Positions 54,215 to 63,607 of a stretch of 64,000 nt of DNA are shown here, piece after piece; positions within the stretch are counted from its first letter, which is position 1; each line of letters begins with the position of its first letter. Location of the stretch: assembly GCA_964291495.2 (NCBI GenBank), contig OZ219872.1, positions 224,001-288,000 on the forward strand, read 5' to 3'. This stretch comes from Dehalococcoidia bacterium. GTDB taxonomy: Bacteria; Chloroflexota; Dehalococcoidia; UBA2979. Below the pieces are notes generated by a model, which had not been told where the DNA came from, did no database searches, and saw nothing but the letters and a program-made list of their open reading frames with translations. The position numbers and the translations under genes were made by a program.

Positions 54215-55948
54215 GTGGCGGCGCAGATCAACGACCACGTTCGCTACGAGCCAGACGAGCGCCCGCCGTGGCCCGTGGCCGCGGGCGTCGGCGCCCAGGC
54301 CGCCCTCGTAACCGTGCCGGGCGTCGTGATCACCGTGGTGATCGTTGCCCGGATCGCCGAGCAGCCCGCCTCGTACATCGCCTGGGCCGTGTTCGCGGCG
54401 ATGCTCGTCAGCGGCGCGACCACCGTCATGCAGGCCGCCCGGTTCGGCCGAGTGGGTGCGGGCCACGTGCTGATCATGGGGACCTCGGGCGCGTTCATCG
54501 CGGTCTGCGTCGCCGCGCTCGTCGAGGGCGGCCCGTCGACGATGGCGAGCCTCGTCGTGATCTCCTCACTCTTCCAGTTCGCGATGGCGGCGCGGCTGTC
54601 ATTGCTGCGGCGGATCTTCACGCCGGTCATGGCGGGCACGGTGATCATGCTGATCGCGGCCACCGTGATGCCGATCGTCTTCGACACGCTCGACGATGTG
54701 CCCGACGATGCCTCGAATGTCGCCGCGCCCGTGACCGCCGCGGTCACCATCGGCGTGGTGCTGGGGCTCGTGCTGCGCGGCCCGGCCGCCTGGCGGCTGT
54801 GGTCGCCGATCATCGGGATCATCGCGGGCTGCGTCGTCGCCGCCGCCTACGGGATCTACGACTTGCAGCCCGTGCTGGACGCCGCCTGGCTGGGCGTGCC
54901 GACCGAAGGGTGGCCCGGGTTCGACGCCACGCCGGGCCAGGAGTTCTGGGCGTTGCTGCCCGCGTTCATCGTGGTGACGCTGGTGGGAGCGGTGGAGACC
55001 GTCGGCGACGGCATCGCCATCCAGCGCGTCTCGCGTCGCGCGCCGCGCGCCACCGACTTCCGGGTCGTGCAGGGCGCCCTCAACGCGGACGGCATGGGCA
55101 ACCTGCTCTCGGGCCTGGCCGGGACACTGCCGAACACCACCTACTCCTCGAGCATCTCGCTGGCCGAGGTGACGGGGGTGGCGGCAAGGCGCGCGGGCAT
55201 CGCGATCGGCGTGATCGTGCTGTTGCTGGCGTTCCTCCCCAAGTTCGCCGCGCTGCTGGTCGCGATCCCGGGACCGGTGGTCGCGGCCTACGTGACCGTG
55301 CTGCTCGCGCTGCTCTTCGTGCAGGGCATGCGGATGGTCGTGCAGGACGGGCTGGATCACCGCAAGGCGGCGATCGCGGGCATTGCGTTCTGGATTGGCG
55401 TTGGCTTCCAGAACGAGTCGATCTTCGCCGATCTACTGGGGCCGTTCGCGGGTGTGCTGCTCGGCAACGGCATGACCTCGGGCGCGCTCGCCGCGGTGAT
55501 CATGATCCTGTTCATGGAGCTCACCGGCCCCCGCCGGCGCCGCCTCCAGGTTCCGCTGGAGATGGACGCGCTCCCGGCCATCGACGAGTTCCTCCGAGGA
55601 TTCGCGTCGCGCAGCCACTGGAACGGAGCGTCGACCGAACGCCTCGCCTCGGCCGGCGAGGAGACGCTGGCGGTCCTGCTGCAGACCGGTGGCGAGGGTG
55701 GCGACGGCCGGGCGAGACATCTCTCGGTCGTCGCTCGCATGGACGGTCCGCTGGCGCAGGTGGAGTTCGTGACGTCCTTCGAGGGTGACAACATCGAGGA
55801 CCAGCTGGCGTACCTGGCCGAGCTGCCGCCCGTTCCCGACGAGGACGAGATCTCGCTCCGGCTGCTCCGCCATCACGCCCTGTCCGTGCAGCATCAGAAG
55901 TACCACGGGATCGACATCGTCACCGTGGAGGTCGAGGGCGCGCGCTAG
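54215..55948 (+). CDS. NCS2 (xanthine/uracil permease family) transporter with C-terminal RsbW/HATPase-like extension
   Basis: ETVGD, ADG..N...G and PNTTYS motifs; about 135-aa soluble tail. Confidence 0.85.
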   Translation: MAAQINDHVRYEPDERPPWPVAAGVGAQAALVTVPGVVITVVIVARIAEQPASYIAWAVFAAMLVSGATTVMQAARFGRVGAGHVLIMGTSGAFIAVCVAALVEGGPSTMASLVVISSLFQFAMAARLSLLRRIFTPVMAGTVIMLIAATVMPIVFDTLDDVPDDASNVAAPVTAAVTIGVVLGLVLRGPAAWRLWSPIIGIIAGCVVAAAYGIYDLQPVLDAAWLGVPTEGWPGFDATPGQEFWALLPAFIVVTLVGAVETVGDGIAIQRVSRRAPRATDFRVVQGALNADGMGNLLSGLAGTLPNTTYSSSISLAEVTGVAARRAGIAIGVIVLLLAFLPKFAALLVAIPGPVVAAYVTVLLALLFVQGMRMVVQDGLDHRKAAIAGIAFWIGVGFQNESIFADLLGPFAGVLLGNGMTSGALAAVIMILFMELTGPRRRRLQVPLEMDALPAIDEFLRGFASRSHWNGASTERLASAGEETLAVLLQTGGEGGDGRARHLSVVARMDGPLAQVEFVTSFEGDNIEDQLAYLAELPPVPDEDEISLRLLRHHALSVQHQKYHGIDIVTVEVEGAR

Positions 55949-56254
55949 GCTTCGCCGCTCGAACACGCCTTGGCCTGTCCCTGTCGACCCGGCCGATGAC
56001 GGTGATTTGCTCCCGTCCGAGGCATTCGAGCCAGCGAGACACCCACTGGCCGCACGATGCCCCCGGTGAAGACCGGCTTCATCGCGTCCTCCACGGTAGA
56101 GTGCGCGACCCTGCGCCCGCGCGCTCCCGGAAGGCGCGCCGAGCGGCGAGCCGCCCGGCGGCATCCGGGATGCTATCTTCCTGTTCCGACCACCCGCGCC
56201 AGGCTGCGGTCGGGTCCGGAGCCAAGGGATCCGGGGCTGCGAGAGCTAATCCCG

Positions 56255-57013
56255 ATGAGACCTCCACCGGAGCCGCGTCTCTCGCTCCTCTTCCCGTTCG
56301 TGACGGCGATGCTCGTGCTTGTTGCGCTGGTAGCGCCGAACGAGACGGCCCACGCCCGCGGAACCGAGGAGTTCGTGGTCCGCATCGCCGCCCACCTCAG
56401 CCCCGATGGCAGGCTCGAGTTCGGCATCCAGCGCATCGACGATGAGGGCAGGCCGCGCCTTCTGCATCTCGAACGCAAGCGGTTCTTCCCGACGGACGTC
56501 AGCCATCACCGCTGGCTCGTGGGCAGCCCCACGTTCCTCGTCCAGGCACCGCACTACGACATGGAGGGTCGGGCACCGGCCGGCGTCCGCGCCTCGAAGG
56601 CGCGCGTCATCGCTCGCGTGCATCCCACCGACGGCCGGGTAGAGTTCGCGCTCCAGCACGAGCTCGATCTGGACCAACGCAACAGCTGGAGCGAGGACTA
56701 CAGTGAACCGGTCTTCGCGAGGAAACGCTTCTTCCCGAGTGACGTGACCCACCACCGCTGGCTCTACAGCACGCCCATCAGCTTCACCCGGACCTGGGCC
56801 GACGACTCCATGATGGAGGCCGAGCCGACGCTCGATCCGGAGGTGGAAGAGAGCACAAGCTACCCGCCTCCGCCGCCGGTCACGCTGGAGCAATGCCTGA
56901 TGCACATCGCGGCCGGAGCCATGCCGAGCGAAGGCTGCGAGGATCTGATGAAGACATACTGTGCCGAGCATCCTGACTTCGTGTGGTGCCCCCGTCGCCA
57001 GACCGGCGGCTGA
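56255..57013 (+). CDS. Secreted protein with a duplicated unknown domain and Cys-rich tail
   Basis: Signal peptide ending AHA; two copies of R..A....DGR.EF..Q...KRFFP.DV.HHRWL..P; four Cys at the C-terminus. Confidence 0.7.
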   Translation: MRPPPEPRLSLLFPFVTAMLVLVALVAPNETAHARGTEEFVVRIAAHLSPDGRLEFGIQRIDDEGRPRLLHLERKRFFPTDVSHHRWLVGSPTFLVQAPHYDMEGRAPAGVRASKARVIARVHPTDGRVEFALQHELDLDQRNSWSEDYSEPVFARKRFFPSDVTHHRWLYSTPISFTRTWADDSMMEAEPTLDPEVEESTSYPPPPPVTLEQCLMHIAAGAMPSEGCEDLMKTYCAEHPDFVWCPRRQTGG

Positions 57014-57043
57014 CCTCTGTAGCCGTTCCGTCCGCCCCGCCCC

Positions 57044-57925
57044 CTACACCCGCAACTCGATCGACTCGAGGGCGGGGACCATCAGGGCGGGGACGCGCTC
57101 GCGGATCAGGTCCACCGTCCAGCCGCCCTCGTGGAAGATGCGGATCTTCGGGTCCGGGTGCGAGTAGAGCGAGAGCCGGTCCGCGCCGATGCCGAAGATC
57201 TGGCCGGTGATCTCCTGCGCCTCGTCGCTGCAGAGGTAGGTGACGATCGGGGCGCACTCCTCGGTCGTGCCGGTGCGCATCGCGCCGCGGCCGCCGTGCG
57301 TGAGCCCTCGGGAGCCCTTGATCGCGTCGATGTTGTCGGGAATCGTCGCCGTCATCTCGGTCGGCGCCGAGGGCGAGATGGCGTTGACGGTGATGCCGTA
57401 CTTCATCAGCTCCAGCGCCCAGCCGCGCGTGATCGTGGCGATCGCGCCCTTCGTCGCCGAGTAGTTGGAGTTGCCCGTGTAGCCGCTCAGGCCGCTGTCG
57501 GCGGTCATGTTGATGATCCGGCCGCTCCGCTGCGCGCGCATGTGGCGCGAGGCGAAGCGCGTGCAGGCGAAGTGCCCCTTGAGGTTCGTCGCCAGCACCT
57601 CGTCGTACTCCTCCTCGGTCATGTTGAAGATCATGCGATCGCGCACGATCCCGGCATTGTTGACGAGGATATCGATGCTTCCGAAGGCCTCGATGCACGA
57701 ATCGACGATGCGCTCGCCCGCGTCCCAGCTCGCGATGCTCTCCGGGAACGTGACGGCGTTCCCGCCGGGGCCGGCGTTGATCTCCGCCGCGAGTTCGTCG
57801 CACTGGTCCGGGTTGCGACCGTTGACCACCACGTTCGCGCCCGCCTCGGCGAGTCCCACGAGGTAGGCGCGCCCGAGGCCGCGCGTCGATCCCGTCACCA
57901 CTGCGTTCTTGCCTGCCAGCAGCAC
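57044..57925 (-). CDS. SDR family oxidoreductase
   Basis: TGSTRGLG, NNAG and YSATK motifs. Confidence 0.93.
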   Translation of the reverse strand: MLLAGKNAVVTGSTRGLGRAYLVGLAEAGANVVVNGRNPDQCDELAAEINAGPGGNAVTFPESIASWDAGERIVDSCIEAFGSIDILVNNAGIVRDRMIFNMTEEEYDEVLATNLKGHFACTRFASRHMRAQRSGRIINMTADSGLSGYTGNSNYSATKGAIATITRGWALELMKYGITVNAISPSAPTEMTATIPDNIDAIKGSRGLTHGGRGAMRTGTTEECAPIVTYLCSDEAQEITGQIFGIGADRLSLYSHPDPKIRIFHEGGWTVDLIRERVPALMVPALESIELRV

Positions 57926-57975
57926 GCCTGCCTCCTTCCATTCCGTTCGTTCGTCGCCACCTTAGCGGACCGCGA

Positions 57976-58009
57976 CGCCCTCGGAGCGCCGCGCGCGCTA
58001 CTCTCCCCG
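57976..58009 (+). repeat. 34-bp direct repeat, copy 1
   Basis: CGCCCTCGGAGCGCCGCGCGCGCTACTCTCCCCG, identical to 58676-58709. Confidence 0.95.
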
Positions 58010-58564
58010 CACCCTCGCCTTGATCCGCGCGACGGATTCGGCGAAGCGCGCGATCTCCCGCACCAGCGCGCCCTCGCCGAGCGTCGCGACGACCGCGCAG
58101 TCGACCAATTCGGCGCCGTCGTACACGAACCTCGTGCGCCCGCCGAACTCCCGCCAGAAGAGTTCCTTGCCAACGCCTGCCCTGCCGCCGCCGATGTTGC
58201 CGCGATGCAGCAGGAGGAGCGGGCCGTCGCCGTCGCGGCCGAAGATGCCGCCGACGCGTGCATTCGTCCCCTCGAGCGGCGGGTTCACCTCGACGGTGAC
58301 AGAGAGGCTGCTCGTGGTCTCGGGATTCTCGAGTCCGAACGCGTTCCAGTAGCGAGTGCCGGTCCCGTCCGGGCCCAGCACCGAATCGACGGTGTCGATG
58401 TAGCCCCAGACGCCGACCGAGGGATGCCAAGCGACATCGGCGGTCGTGCCCCCGCCCCGGAAGCCGATGCCCCGAGTGAGGACCGTGGCCCCTGCATGGA
58501 ACTCCGCCCGGAGCGCGTTCTGCGCAGCCTCGATGTTCGCAGCGGACGTGAGTGCCCTGATCAT
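57998..58564 (-). CDS. Hypothetical protein inside the direct-repeat-bounded segment
   Basis: 188-aa ORF with RYWNAFG, VEVNPP and HRG.IGGG motifs; its stop codon lies in repeat copy 1. Confidence 0.7.
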   Translation of the reverse strand: MIRALTSAANIEAAQNALRAEFHAGATVLTRGIGFRGGGTTADVAWHPSVGVWGYIDTVDSVLGPDGTGTRYWNAFGLENPETTSSLSVTVEVNPPLEGTNARVGGIFGRDGDGPLLLLHRGNIGGGRAGVGKELFWREFGGRTRFVYDGAELVDCAVVATLGEGALVREIARFAESVARIKARVRGE

Positions 58565-58675
58565 CGCGTATCTCCGTTCCGAGACTGCGGCGAGCGTCCG
58601 CGATCGCCGGATTGCTCGGGGTCATCCCCCGCCCTCGACCATACTCGCGAGGGGCCTCAGGTTACCGCTCCGCGC

Positions 58676-58709
58676 CGCCCTCGGAGCGCCGCGCGCGCTA
58701 CTCTCCCCG
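58676..58709 (+). repeat. 34-bp direct repeat, copy 2
   Basis: Exactly 700 bp from copy 1. Confidence 0.95.
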
Positions 58710-58730
58710 TGATACGGGAGGAGTGAGGCG

Positions 58731-59501
58731 ATGACGACGACGGAACAGACCCGCGAGCAGACGCTGGCAGGCAGGGTGGCGCTCGTCACGGGCGGCGCGT
58801 CCGGCATTGGCGCGGCCACGGTGGAGGAGCTCGCGCGCCGCGGCGCGCGCGTCGCGGTGCTGGACCGCGAGGGCGAGGGCGCCGCTCGCAGCGCCGCCGC
58901 CGCCGAGGCGCTCTCCGGCGAGGCGCTGACGCTGACCTACGACCTCGCCGATACGTCGGGCATCCCCGGCGTCGTGCGGCAGGTGCTGGACGCCTTCGGG
59001 CGGATCGACATCCTCGTGAACTGCGCCGGGATCAGCGCGCGCGGGGGGCTGCTCGATCTGACTGAGGAGGACTGGGACCGCGTCCACGTCGTGAACCTCA
59101 AGGCGCCGATGCGGCTGATGCAGGAGGTCGCGCGCCACATGATCGAGCGCGGCGAGGGCGGGCGGATCGTCAACGTCAGCTCCAGCTCCGCGTTCCGCGC
59201 GCGCTCGCACGTCGCCTACGCCAGCTCGAAGGCGGCGATCGTCCAGCTCTCGCGCAGCGCGGCCGCCGAGCTCGGTCCGCACGGGATCAACGTCAACGCG
59301 GTCGCGCCGGGCCTGACCCGCACCGGCATGACCGGCACGCGCGACATCGATGCGGACGCGCGCGAGGGGCACCTCTCGAACCTCTTCGGGCGCGCCGCCG
59401 AGCCGCCCGACGTGGCTGCGGCGATCGTCTTCCTGTGCCTGCCGGAAAGCCGCCAGATCACCGCGCAGACAATCCACACCTCGGCGGGCCTCGTCGTCTG
59501 A
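58731..59501 (+). CDS. SDR family oxidoreductase
   Basis: TGGASGIG, NCAG and YASSK motifs. Confidence 0.93.
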   Translation: MTTTEQTREQTLAGRVALVTGGASGIGAATVEELARRGARVAVLDREGEGAARSAAAAEALSGEALTLTYDLADTSGIPGVVRQVLDAFGRIDILVNCAGISARGGLLDLTEEDWDRVHVVNLKAPMRLMQEVARHMIERGEGGRIVNVSSSSAFRARSHVAYASSKAAIVQLSRSAAAELGPHGINVNAVAPGLTRTGMTGTRDIDADAREGHLSNLFGRAAEPPDVAAAIVFLCLPESRQITAQTIHTSAGLVV

Positions 59502-59571
59502 GGACGTGCGCGCAACCGGCGCACGGCGCGGTACCATCCGCGCGAGCAACACCGCAGCGAGGGGGTGACGC

Positions 59572-60546
59572 ATGGCGGATCGTGGCATCGACGTAGCGAG
59601 CCGGCTGGACGAGCTGCACCTGGAGGTCTACCGGGACATGCCCGAACGCCCGCTCGACGTCACCGACATCCCCGGCTCCGTCGCGGCGATGCGAGAGCAC
59701 TCGGCCCAGCGCGAGATCGAGCCCGTGCCCGACGGCGTCACAACCGAGGACCACTACGCGCCCGGTCCGGACGGCGCGCCGGACGTGCTGGTGCGGCTCT
59801 ATCGCCCGGACGGCCTCGAGCCCGGCGGACCGGCGTTCTACTGGATCCACGGCGGCGGGATGGTCGTCGGCAGCGTCGACGGCAGCGACGGCTTCTGCGG
59901 CCAGCAGGCCCTGGATCTCGGCATCCTCGTCGCCTCGGTCGAGTACCGGCTCGCGCCGGAGCACCCCTACCCCGCGCCGCTCGAGGACTGCTACGCCGGC
60001 CTCAAGTGGTTCGCCGGAGCCGCCGGGGAGCTGGGCATCGACTCCACGCGGATCGCGATCGGCGGCGGGAGCGCGGGCGGCGGACTCTGCGCCGGGCTCG
60101 CGCTGCTGGCGCGCGACCGCGGCGAGATCGACGTCTGCTTCCAGCTGCTCGTCTACCCGATGATCGACGACCGCAACATCTCCAACAGCAGCCACGCCAT
60201 CACCGACCCGCGGCTCTGGAACCGCGAGAAGAACACGATCGGCTGGAGCTCCTACCTCGCGGGCAACAACGGCGGCGCGGACGTCCCGGTCTACGCCGCG
60301 CCGGCGCGCGCGACCAACCTCGAGGGGTTGCCGCCTGCCTACATCAACGTGGGCGCGCTCGACCTGTTCGTCGACGAGAGCATCGACTACGCGCAGGCGC
60401 TGAACGCGGCGGGGGTGCGCACGGAGCTGCACGTCTACCCGGTGGCCTTCCACGGATCGCCGAACAGCGTCTCCGAGTCGCCGATCTCGCAGGGTTGGGC
60501 CGCGGATCAGCAGAACGCCCTGCGCAGCGCGCTGTTCGGCGGCTGA
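59572..60546 (+). CDS. Alpha/beta hydrolase (HSL-type esterase)
   Basis: HGGG, YRLAPEHPYP and GGSAGG motifs, with D and H of the triad (LDLF, FHG). Confidence 0.93.
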   Translation: MADRGIDVASRLDELHLEVYRDMPERPLDVTDIPGSVAAMREHSAQREIEPVPDGVTTEDHYAPGPDGAPDVLVRLYRPDGLEPGGPAFYWIHGGGMVVGSVDGSDGFCGQQALDLGILVASVEYRLAPEHPYPAPLEDCYAGLKWFAGAAGELGIDSTRIAIGGGSAGGGLCAGLALLARDRGEIDVCFQLLVYPMIDDRNISNSSHAITDPRLWNREKNTIGWSSYLAGNNGGADVPVYAAPARATNLEGLPPAYINVGALDLFVDESIDYAQALNAAGVRTELHVYPVAFHGSPNSVSESPISQGWAADQQNALRSALFGG

Positions 60547-60564
60547 CCGGAGGTCGGGCGCGGC

Positions 60565-61365
60565 CTACGGCAGCTCCGCGGGCGTCAGGCCGAACTCCTC
60601 GAGTACCTCGGGGGTCGTCACGATCCGGCCGCTGATCATCGAGGGCTCGCGGACCGCGAGCCGCAGGCAGGCCTCGGCGACGTCCTCGACCGGGGTGACG
60701 CGATCGCGGTTCGCATCCGTGATCAGCCCGAAGTAGGCGACGCCGGGTGTGGCGATCAGACCGGGCTGGATCGCGTTCACGGCGATCGCCCGCTGCTCCG
60801 CGGCGAAGCCGGTGCTGAAGCGCTCCAGCGCCGACTTGCACATGCCGTAGATCGTGCTGCCATGGATGTCGGCGTCCAGCGAGGGGTGCAGCGCCGCGCC
60901 GGACGACATGTTCACGATCGCGCCCCAGCCCCGCTCGCTCATGCCGGGCGCAACGAGCTGCGAGAGGTGCACCGCGGCATGCACCTGGATCTCGAACATC
61001 ACCCGTTCCTTCTCCGCGTCGAAGGTGTCGGTGTCGTTGTACCAGGTGACCGCGCCGTTGTTGACGAGGATGTCGACCGGGCCGAGCTCGGCTTCCGCCG
61101 TCTCGATCAGGCGCTCGCGATCCTCCGCGGAGACGAGGTTGCAGGGTACGGGCAGCGCCGTCCCGCCCGCGGCCTCGATGCGCGCGGTGACGCCGGTCAG
61201 GCTGCCGGGGAGCAGCCGGTGGTCGCCCTCGTTGACCGTCCGCGCGGCCAGCGCGACCCGCGCGCCCTCCATCGCGTAGCGCACCGCGATCGCCTCGCCG
61301 ATGCCGCGCGAGCCGCCCGTGACCACCGCGACACGCCCCTCCAACTGTCCGCTTCCATCCGCCAT
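60565..61365 (-). CDS. SDR family oxidoreductase
   Basis: TGGSRGIG, NNGA and YGMCK motifs. Confidence 0.9.
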   Translation of the reverse strand: MADGSGQLEGRVAVVTGGSRGIGEAIAVRYAMEGARVALAARTVNEGDHRLLPGSLTGVTARIEAAGGTALPVPCNLVSAEDRERLIETAEAELGPVDILVNNGAVTWYNDTDTFDAEKERVMFEIQVHAAVHLSQLVAPGMSERGWGAIVNMSSGAALHPSLDADIHGSTIYGMCKSALERFSTGFAAEQRAIAVNAIQPGLIATPGVAYFGLITDANRDRVTPVEDVAEACLRLAVREPSMISGRIVTTPEVLEEFGLTPAELP

Positions 61366-61514
61366 CGTGCCGCCCTCCTCGCTGCTTCCCGCCACCCGCC
61401 GCGGCCCCGGAGCCGGACAGGGCGGCCTCACCCCGATATGCTGTCGCGGGTCGCGCCCGTGCTGCGGGCACGACAGTACGACACCCGTGACCAAGCCACG
61501 AGGGGAATCCGCAT

Positions 61515-62306
61515 ATGTCGCTCGAGAACAAGGTTGCAATCGTCGCCGGCGCCAGCCGTGGCATCGGCGCGGACATCGCGAAGTACCTCGCTCGCGCGGG
61601 CGCGAAGGTCGCCGTCGCCGCGCGCACGGTGCAGGTCACGGACCCGCGCCTGCCCGGCACGATCCATTCGGTCAGCGAGGAGATTGCCGCCGAGGGCGGA
61701 GCGGCGCTGCCGGTGGTGATGAACCTGCGCGACGCCGAGAGCATCACCGGCGCGGTCGATCAGGTGATCGCCGAGTGGGGCCGGATCGACGTCCTCGTGA
61801 ACAACGCGGCGATCTTCATCCCCGGCGACATCGTCGGCGCGCGCGAGCGCCACATCGAGCTGAGCATCGCGATCAACCTCGTGGGGCCGATCATCGCGAT
61901 GCGCGCGGTCGTGCCGCACATGCGGGAGGCCGGAGGCGGCCACATCATCAACGTCTCATCGCGCGGCTCGATCATGCCGGGCGTCGGGCCCTACACCGAG
62001 GATCAGATCGCCCGCGTCGGCGACCTGCTGTACGGGCCGGAGAAGTCCGGCCTCGAGCACTTCTCGCAGCGTCAGGCGATGGCGCTGCAGGGCGACAACA
62101 TCGCCGTCAACGTGCTCTCGCCCAACGGCCGCATCAAGACTCCGGGCAACCTCTTCTTCGAGAACGACCCGGAGAATCCGACGCTCGACTTCGAGACGGC
62201 CGATGACATGGGCAAGGCGACCGTCTGGATGTGCCAGCAGGACGCGAGCAGCTACACAGGCAACATCGTGTACGACGAGGACGTCGTGCGGGAGCACAAC
62301 CTGTAG
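61515..62306 (+). CDS. SDR family oxidoreductase
   Basis: AGASRGIG, NNAA and YGPEK motifs. Confidence 0.9.
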   Translation: MSLENKVAIVAGASRGIGADIAKYLARAGAKVAVAARTVQVTDPRLPGTIHSVSEEIAAEGGAALPVVMNLRDAESITGAVDQVIAEWGRIDVLVNNAAIFIPGDIVGARERHIELSIAINLVGPIIAMRAVVPHMREAGGGHIINVSSRGSIMPGVGPYTEDQIARVGDLLYGPEKSGLEHFSQRQAMALQGDNIAVNVLSPNGRIKTPGNLFFENDPENPTLDFETADDMGKATVWMCQQDASSYTGNIVYDEDVVREHNL

Positions 62307-62317
62307 CAGCGGCTCGC

Positions 62318-63490
62318 GTGGCGCGGTTCGACCTGCGGCGCGCCGCCAGCCCGGCGCTCGCCGCGCTGCTGTTGCTGCTCACCGCCTGCGGCGAGCAGCA
62401 GCCGGACGGGGAGCGCGACGCCTCGCCGCCTCCGGCCGCGACTGCCACGGCCTCCCCCACCGCCGAGGCGACCCCGGACGCTCCATCGACAGCCACGCCC
62501 GTGGGCGCCTCGCCGACTCCGGGCGCGACCGCGACGGTGACGGCCGCAGCGACGACGCCTACTCCCAGGCCGATCACGTTGACGATCGCCGCCGTCGGCG
62601 ACCTGATGTTCGCGCGCGACATCGTGACGCTGATGCAGCAGCGCGGGCCCGACTACGCCTTCGCGCGCGTCGCGCCGCTCCTCGCGGGCAACGATCTGCT
62701 GATCGGCAACCTCGAGGGGACGTTTACGGAGCGAGGGGAGCCGCTGGAGAAGCTCTACACCTTCCGGGCCCCACCCGCGCTCGCCGAGGCGTTGCGAACC
62801 GCGGGGTTCGACGCCGTCTCGCTATCCAACAACCACGCGCTCGACTTCGGCCCGGTCGGGCTGCGCGACACGTTCGACGCCCTCGACGCGATCGGGGTCG
62901 CCCACTTCGGCGCCGGCCTCGACCGCCGCGAGGCAGAAGCGCCACTGATCGTCGAGGTCAGCGGGGCGTTCGTCGCGCTCCTGGGTTTCAGCGCCGTGGA
63001 ATCGTCGGAATTCGCCGAGGCGGCCCGGCCCGGCGTCGCCCGCGCCGAGGTGGCGGGCGTGACCTCGGCGGTCGCCGCGATCACGCCCGCAGTGGACTTC
63101 GTGGTCGTCGTGTTCCACTTCGGGAGCGAGTACGACGCCACGCCCACCGCTCGGCAGCGCGAACTGGCAGCGGCCGCGGCCGATGCGGGCGCCGCCCTGG
63201 TCATCGGCCACCATGCGCACGTGCTGCAGCCGTGGGAGCGCCGGGGGAACGCCCTGATCCTCTACGGCCTCGGCAACTTCGTCTTCGACCTCGACCGCGA
63301 GGACCTCGAGACGCTCGGCGAGGGGCCGTTCGCCACGGCGATCGCAATCGTCGAGCTCAGCAACGTGGCGCCGCCCAGCCTCCGGTTCCGCCCGGTGTAC
63401 ATCGATCCGGACGAGAACCGCCCGCGCCCCGCCAGCGCCGAGGAGCGCGAGCGCATCCACGCAGCGCTGTCCGAACTCGGCGAGGACTGA
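62318..63490 (+). CDS. CapA family metallophosphoesterase-like lipoprotein
   Basis: Lipobox LTAC, Thr/Pro/Ala linker; GDLM, NLEG, NNHALDFG, GHHAHVLQ and YGLGNFVFD motifs. Confidence 0.9.
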   Translation: MARFDLRRAASPALAALLLLLTACGEQQPDGERDASPPPAATATASPTAEATPDAPSTATPVGASPTPGATATVTAAATTPTPRPITLTIAAVGDLMFARDIVTLMQQRGPDYAFARVAPLLAGNDLLIGNLEGTFTERGEPLEKLYTFRAPPALAEALRTAGFDAVSLSNNHALDFGPVGLRDTFDALDAIGVAHFGAGLDRREAEAPLIVEVSGAFVALLGFSAVESSEFAEAARPGVARAEVAGVTSAVAAITPAVDFVVVVFHFGSEYDATPTARQRELAAAAADAGAALVIGHHAHVLQPWERRGNALILYGLGNFVFDLDREDLETLGEGPFATAIAIVELSNVAPPSLRFRPVYIDPDENRPRPASAEERERIHAALSELGED

Positions 63491-63607
63491 GCACCGGGCG
63501 GAGCCGCCGTGAGGGCGTGATACGCTGCGGACACGGTCCCGTTCGCGCGAGCACACGAACGCGCAGCGTCGCTCGCGACGCGCCGCCCGCGGGACCGGGG
63601 AGGCCGT

